From NCBI GenBank assembly GCA_964638155.1, contig CAZWYI010000008.1, forward strand, positions 4,787-68,786: DNA of 64,000 bases, written 5' to 3'. This stretch comes from an uncultured Thermoplasmatales archaeon (GTDB taxonomy: Archaea > Thermoplasmatota > E2 > DHVEG-1). The position numbers were made by a program, and so were the translations under genes. The notes beneath the pieces were generated by a model. It was not told the DNA's origin and did not search any database. It was given only the letters and a program-made list of their open reading frames with translations. This document shows, piece by piece, positions 59,109 through 64,000 of the stretch (position 1 is the stretch's first letter; each line of letters starts with the position of its first letter).

Positions 59109-60908
59109 ATGGGCAAAAAAACAAAACTACCACGGGAATTCTGGGCGGTCAATGCATCCAATCTATTAGAAAGAGGTGCATACTACGGCATGTTAGCTGT
59201 TTTTGCCTATCATCTAGTATATAACATTGGAATCGAAAGCTGGATGGTTGGAATACTGACAGGTATCTCCATGGGTCTAATAAATTTCATACCTTTGATT
59301 TCTACATCACTTGCTAGTAAATATGGTTTTAAAAAAATCCTTTTGTTTTCTTATACGACTCTTGCCCTGGGATATATCACACTAGGTTTTGGTTACTCTT
59401 TTTTATTGATTTTTCTAGCAGTAATCATAATGGGTCTTGGCTCAGGTTTTGAAAAAGCTCTAATTGCTGCATCAATTTCTCATTCATCTGATGAAAAAAA
59501 CCGAGATTATGCATTTAACATATATTATTGGGTGATTAACTTTGGTGCTTTTTTTATTCCTCTTAGTATTACTTTTTTATTTGTACCAGAAAATTATGGC
59601 AGTGTATTTTTCTTAATGGCTTTGTTTATCCTATGTAGTTTTTTAATCATTTTACTATCCTATAAAAATCCAGTTGAACCTGATTCTTCAATTTCAACAC
59701 TAAAAGCTGTTAAAAATCTAAAAGTTATATTTAAAGACCCTAAATTTGCAATAGTTTTGCTTATTTTTTCAGGATGCTGGTTTATGCTTTACACAAGAAA
59801 ACCTTTTACTCCTCTATTTATGACAGATTTTAGAATTCTTCCAAATTGGTTTATTCCAATTCTTGCAGCTCTTAATCCTGGAACAATTATTACCTTAGGT
59901 CAAGTATGGGCATATATAATAAAGGGGCGTAAAATTGATTCATTAAAAATGCTTATCTCTGGTGTTCTAATAATATCTGCAGGATTTTTTATAGTAGGAA
60001 TTACCTTGAATCCCGCAGTATTTATTGCAGGTATCATTATTTTATCCTTTGGTGAGCTTGTATCTTACCCTGCATTTCTTAGTTATGTATCAAAAATTCC
60101 CCCTAAAGAAAAACGTTCGATATATATGGGATATTCTTTTATGCCTCTAGCAATTGCTGGAGTTACAGCACCAATAGCTGGTGGTTTTCTTTACTATTAT
60201 ATCGCTGAAAACATGGCTATGGGACGTCTTTTTTGGGCAATTGTAGCATCTATAGGACTAGTAGCAGCAACAGCGTTTATTCATTACGATCTTCATTATA
60301 ATAAAAAGAAGAGAAAAATTAAATCTAGATTAAAAGCAAATATTCCAATACTATTTATCCCAGTTATTTTAATAATTGCTTTTTCATTAGGACCTGATAC
60401 AATTTATAGAGGGCCACTTTCAGACGAAGACACACCAGATGAAGTATTAGATGAAAAAATTTGGACATATCTAAATGAAACATATTTCTTTGAAGGAGAG
60501 TTAGATGAGACTGAATCAATCTCATATGACATATCTAAAGAAAAAATGTTTATCGATTCAATTAATTTGAATCTTAGTTGGTCTGATGAAAAAGATATAA
60601 GACGTATAAGGAGATTTGAAAACAAAGGAGATACTTTTTTAGCCAAAATAATAGTTGATGGTAAAGTAGTCGGCAGAGATAGTTATAAAAATATTCATTC
60701 TAAAAAGGGTTTTATCGATTTGAAATATGATTATAATGACTTAAGTTTTGAACAAAGTTCTTTTGCAAAAGTTGAAATTATGCTTTTAGAATGTAATGAT
60801 TATTATCCTATTTTTGGATTTGATTTAATCACAATTGAGGATTCTTCAAATACTTATGAACTTGAAATTCTTGTAACATATTTAGAACACATCTATAAAA
60901 TACTATAA
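59109..60908 (+). CDS. POT/PTR-like MFS peptide transporter with an extra C-terminal TM and soluble domain
   Basis: LERGAYYG, AFNIYYWVINFGAF, GELVSYP; ~170-aa C-terminal extension. Confidence 0.8.
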   Translation: MGKKTKLPREFWAVNASNLLERGAYYGMLAVFAYHLVYNIGIESWMVGILTGISMGLINFIPLISTSLASKYGFKKILLFSYTTLALGYITLGFGYSFLLIFLAVIIMGLGSGFEKALIAASISHSSDEKNRDYAFNIYYWVINFGAFFIPLSITFLFVPENYGSVFFLMALFILCSFLIILLSYKNPVEPDSSISTLKAVKNLKVIFKDPKFAIVLLIFSGCWFMLYTRKPFTPLFMTDFRILPNWFIPILAALNPGTIITLGQVWAYIIKGRKIDSLKMLISGVLIISAGFFIVGITLNPAVFIAGIIILSFGELVSYPAFLSYVSKIPPKEKRSIYMGYSFMPLAIAGVTAPIAGGFLYYYIAENMAMGRLFWAIVASIGLVAATAFIHYDLHYNKKKRKIKSRLKANIPILFIPVILIIAFSLGPDTIYRGPLSDEDTPDEVLDEKIWTYLNETYFFEGELDETESISYDISKEKMFIDSINLNLSWSDEKDIRRIRRFENKGDTFLAKIIVDGKVVGRDSYKNIHSKKGFIDLKYDYNDLSFEQSSFAKVEIMLLECNDYYPIFGFDLITIEDSSNTYELEILVTYLEHIYKIL

Positions 60909-61045
60909 TATTCCATATTATGGATCTGATGTAATTTTAAAATACAGGAAGTCTGACAAAGTTGGGGTAATTCTACAATTATGAAGAAACAGCAGAATTA
61001 TTCAATATAAAAATAGAAATTAATTAAAAATCTCTCTTTAACTTT

Positions 61046-62254
61046 CTATGTATGATACTCAGCGTTGATTCTAATATACTCATAGGAGAAATCACATCCC
61101 CAAGCTGTAGCATTATGTTCTCCCTGATTTAAGTCTACAAACACTCTTAGCTGAGAAGACTTTAACATAAGCTTTAAACTTTTTCTATTAAAATCCAAAC
61201 CACTACCGTTCTCAGCGACCTTCATCAAATTCTTACTAGAACCAAGGTGTATGTCTATTTTTTTTGGTTCTATTTTTACACCTGATCTTCCTGCAGCAGC
61301 AAGTATCCTGCCCCAATTTGGATCCCTTCCGAATAACGCGGTTCTAACAAGATTGGAGTTGGAAATAGTTTTTGCAACTTGTCTTGCTTCCTCTTCGGAT
61401 TTAGCGTTTACAACCTTATATTCGATAAATTTGGTTGCACCCTCTCCATCTGAAACAATAGCTTTAGCTAAATGTCTGCAGATACGTTCAAGTTTTTCTT
61501 TGAATTTTTCGTATTTCTCATCTTTCTCTGTTATCCTTTTATTTCCGGAAAGCCCATTACACATAACTGAAACCATATCATTTGTTGATGTGTCACCATC
61601 TACAGTAATCATATTAAAAGTCTTCTTCACAGATTCAGACAGAGCCTCCTGTAAAAGATTAGGATCAATATCTACATCAGATACAATAAAACAGAGCATA
61701 GTAGCCATATTAGGATGAATCATCCCGGAGCCTTTGGCTATACCTGCCATATTGACCTTCTTTTTTCCAATTTTAAAAGTAAGATATCCTTCTTTTTGGA
61801 AAGTATCCGTAGTCATAATAGCATTAGCTGCCATGTCACCTGCTATCTTTCTACTGGAAAGGACACTTACGTTTTTTCTTATACCCTTAACCACTTTCTC
61901 TGTAGGAAAAGGCTCTCCAATTACACCAGTAGAAGCAACTATCACATCCTCAACAGGAATATTAAGTTCATCAGCTAAGGCCTCTGCACTTTTAACAGCA
62001 CCCTCCATACCCTCTGGACCATTACATGCATTGGCATTTCCTGAAGTAACAAGTATGGCTTGAGCTTTTTTGTTTTTAAGATGTTTCTTAGTAAGCCTAA
62101 TAGGATGAGCCTGCACCCTGTTTTGAGTATAAACAGCAGCTGTACTAGCAGGAACATCGGAGACAATAAGTGCTAAATCTCTTCTCTTGGATTTTATACC
62201 TATATGACACCCTCTTACTTTGATACCATTTACATCAGTTATGTTCTTCTGCAT
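61046..62254 (-). CDS. argJ: Ornithine acetyltransferase / N-acetylglutamate synthase
   Basis: SGNANAC, AIMTTDT, KGSGMIHPNMATML, DGDTSTND, DGEGATK. Confidence 0.97.
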   Translation of the reverse strand: MQKNITDVNGIKVRGCHIGIKSKRRDLALIVSDVPASTAAVYTQNRVQAHPIRLTKKHLKNKKAQAILVTSGNANACNGPEGMEGAVKSAEALADELNIPVEDVIVASTGVIGEPFPTEKVVKGIRKNVSVLSSRKIAGDMAANAIMTTDTFQKEGYLTFKIGKKKVNMAGIAKGSGMIHPNMATMLCFIVSDVDIDPNLLQEALSESVKKTFNMITVDGDTSTNDMVSVMCNGLSGNKRITEKDEKYEKFKEKLERICRHLAKAIVSDGEGATKFIEYKVVNAKSEEEARQVAKTISNSNLVRTALFGRDPNWGRILAAAGRSGVKIEPKKIDIHLGSSKNLMKVAENGSGLDFNRKSLKLMLKSSQLRVFVDLNQGEHNATAWGCDFSYEYIRINAEYHT

Positions 62255-62296
62255 TTTAACAATCCTTCAAAACCACATCATATATCCTTTTATAAA

Positions 62297-63331
62297 TTAT
62301 GGTGACAAGGGAATATGTGAAATACCCTGTTTTTCATTGAATCCAAGCATTATGTTCATATTCTGAACCGCCTGACCTGCTGCACCTTTTACTAGATTAT
62401 CAATAGCTGATATCAAAACAATCTGATTGGTCCTTTTTATAAATAAGGGATATATATCACAGTAGTTAGATCCTCTCACCGATTGGACATTGGGTGGACT
62501 GCTTCTCAATCTAACAAAGGGTTCATCGGAATAGCTTTCTTTGTATATTGACAATAATTTTTCGTTGTCGATATCTTTTTTAGCCTTGGAATAAACTGTT
62601 GTCAATATACCTCTATTAAGAGGAACAAGATGAGGCGTAAATAAAAGATTGATTTTTTCTCCTGAATCTTTTGTTAGTACTTCTTCCATTTCAGGAGTGT
62701 GACGGTGAGAACCAACCTTATAGGCTCGAAAATCTTCGTTTGCCCTTGGAAAATGAGAAACCTTATTTGGTTTTGCACCAGCGCCAGTAACACCTGATTT
62801 GGAATCAACAGAGATATTTGATATGTCAATTAGACCTTTTTTAATAGCAGGTGCTAGAGCTAAAATAGATGAAGTAGGGTAACATCCTGGATTAGCTACT
62901 AGATGAGCGTTAGAAATTTTCTCTCTAAATAATTCAGGAAGGCCATAAACTGCTTTACCAATAGCCTCTGGAAAAACATGTTCCATTTCGTACCATTTCT
63001 CATAGGTTTCTTTGTCTTTAAGTCTAAAATCCCCAGAAAGATCAATTATCCTTGGCCCGTTCATACCAATGTCTTTTACGAATTTCATGGAAACTCCATG
63101 AGGAAGTGCTAGAAATACTAGATCAAGATCTGAAATTTCATCCATAGATGCTTTGGATAGTTCCATATCACATATGCCTTCAAGATATGGATGAATATCT
63201 GATATCCTTTTACCAACAAAGCTTTTAGAGGTGATCATCTCTAAATTGACTTTATCATGCTGAACTAGTATTCTTGTCAGCTCAGAACCAGTATAACCAG
63301 TTGAACCAATAATACCAACATTACTTGTCAC
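62297..63331 (-). CDS. argC: N-acetyl-gamma-glutamyl-phosphate reductase (GTG start)
   Basis: GSTGYTG, NPGCYPT, SGVTGAG, DNLVKGAAGQA. Confidence 0.97.
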   Translation of the reverse strand: MTSNVGIIGSTGYTGSELTRILVQHDKVNLEMITSKSFVGKRISDIHPYLEGICDMELSKASMDEISDLDLVFLALPHGVSMKFVKDIGMNGPRIIDLSGDFRLKDKETYEKWYEMEHVFPEAIGKAVYGLPELFREKISNAHLVANPGCYPTSSILALAPAIKKGLIDISNISVDSKSGVTGAGAKPNKVSHFPRANEDFRAYKVGSHRHTPEMEEVLTKDSGEKINLLFTPHLVPLNRGILTTVYSKAKKDIDNEKLLSIYKESYSDEPFVRLRSSPPNVQSVRGSNYCDIYPLFIKRTNQIVLISAIDNLVKGAAGQAVQNMNIMLGFNEKQGISHIPLSP

Positions 63332-64000
63332 TGCTGAACACCTCCTCAATAGATTTCATAAGGACATCTACTGCCTTATCAAGATCTTCTTTAGGTGTAA
63401 TCAAAGGAGGCGCAAAACGTATCACATTCTTTGCAGTACAGTTAGATAGAACTCCATGTTTCATCATAGCAGGAACAATTTCTTTTCCCTCTTGATCCAG
63501 AACTACTCCTACCATTAGTCCTTTGCCTCTAACCTCAACTATATGATCTGTTTTCTCAGCTTCTTTTCTTATTTTGTCCATTAGATATTTGCCCATCTCT
63601 TTTGATCTATCAGGAAGTTTTTCATCTATCAATGTTGAAACAGAAGCATAAGCAGCTGCTGTGGCAAGAGGGTTTCCTCCAAAAGTAGTTCCATGGTCTC
63701 CACTTTCAAATGCAGACGCTACTTCCTCTTTTGCTAAAAGTGCACCTATTGGAAAACCGCCGCCTAAAGCCTTAGCAATTGTAATAACATCTGGTATTAC
63801 ATCATATCCTTGATAAGCAAACAAATGACCGGTTCTACCCATTCCACACTGTATCTCATCAAAAATAAGAAGAATATTGTATTTATCACATATCTCTCTT
63901 AGTCCTTTTAGATATTCTTTTTTAGCAGGAACGATACCTCCCTCTCCCTGCACAGGTTCAACCATTATCGCACATATCGTTTCATCAATAGCTTCTTCTA
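63321..64000 (-). CDS. argD: Acetylornithine aminotransferase, 5' end outside the window
   Basis: EPVQGEGG, DEIQCGMGRTG, PLP Lys in AKALGGG, HGTTFGGNP; frame open to the window edge. Confidence 0.93.
   Translation of the reverse strand, partial: EEAIDETICAIMVEPVQGEGGIVPAKKEYLKGLREICDKYNILLIFDEIQCGMGRTGHLFAYQGYDVIPDVITIAKALGGGFPIGALLAKEEVASAFESGDHGTTFGGNPLATAAAYASVSTLIDEKLPDRSKEMGKYLMDKIRKEAEKTDHIVEVRGKGLMVGVVLDQEGKEIVPAMMKHGVLSNCTAKNVIRFAPPLITPKEDLDKAVDVLMKSIEEVFSSDK

Overview
AT-rich archaeal chromosome segment, most consistent with Thermoplasmata of the MBG-D/DHVEG-1 (Thermoprofundales) type. This is inferred from archaeal ribosomal proteins, PGF-CTERM proteins, C25-like proteases and PKD-rich secreted proteins. 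1-45 kb is mostly core genome: prefoldin, uppS, S17e, the ribBLCH operon, the arvABC/oapABC GTPase operon, Mre11-Rad50, S3Ae, NreA plus an SPL-like radical SAM, cyclophilins, dcd, TrmI, RaSEA, a methanogen-type SerRS, Pcc1, a DHH protein, S15, FBP aldolase/phosphatase, CysRS, L15e, PaaK, ACD-beta and AhcY. Secreted proteases are interspersed. An accessory region starts at tRNA-Arg(CCT) at 45175. Three degenerate ~90-bp repeats, each ending in the tRNA 3' end, divide integrase-free segments that carry a lipoprotein, two large PKD proteins and an HTH-MNT gene with a dead HEPN partner. Next come a PGF-CTERM protein with a papain-like triad, an ABC-F ATPase, a fused peptide MFS transporter and a bacterial-type argD-argC-argJ block. 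The best novelty candidates are the tRNA-anchored cassette-like repeat array and a shared C-terminal amphipathic tail on secreted proteins. All calls come from motif recognition and manual alignment; no database search was run.
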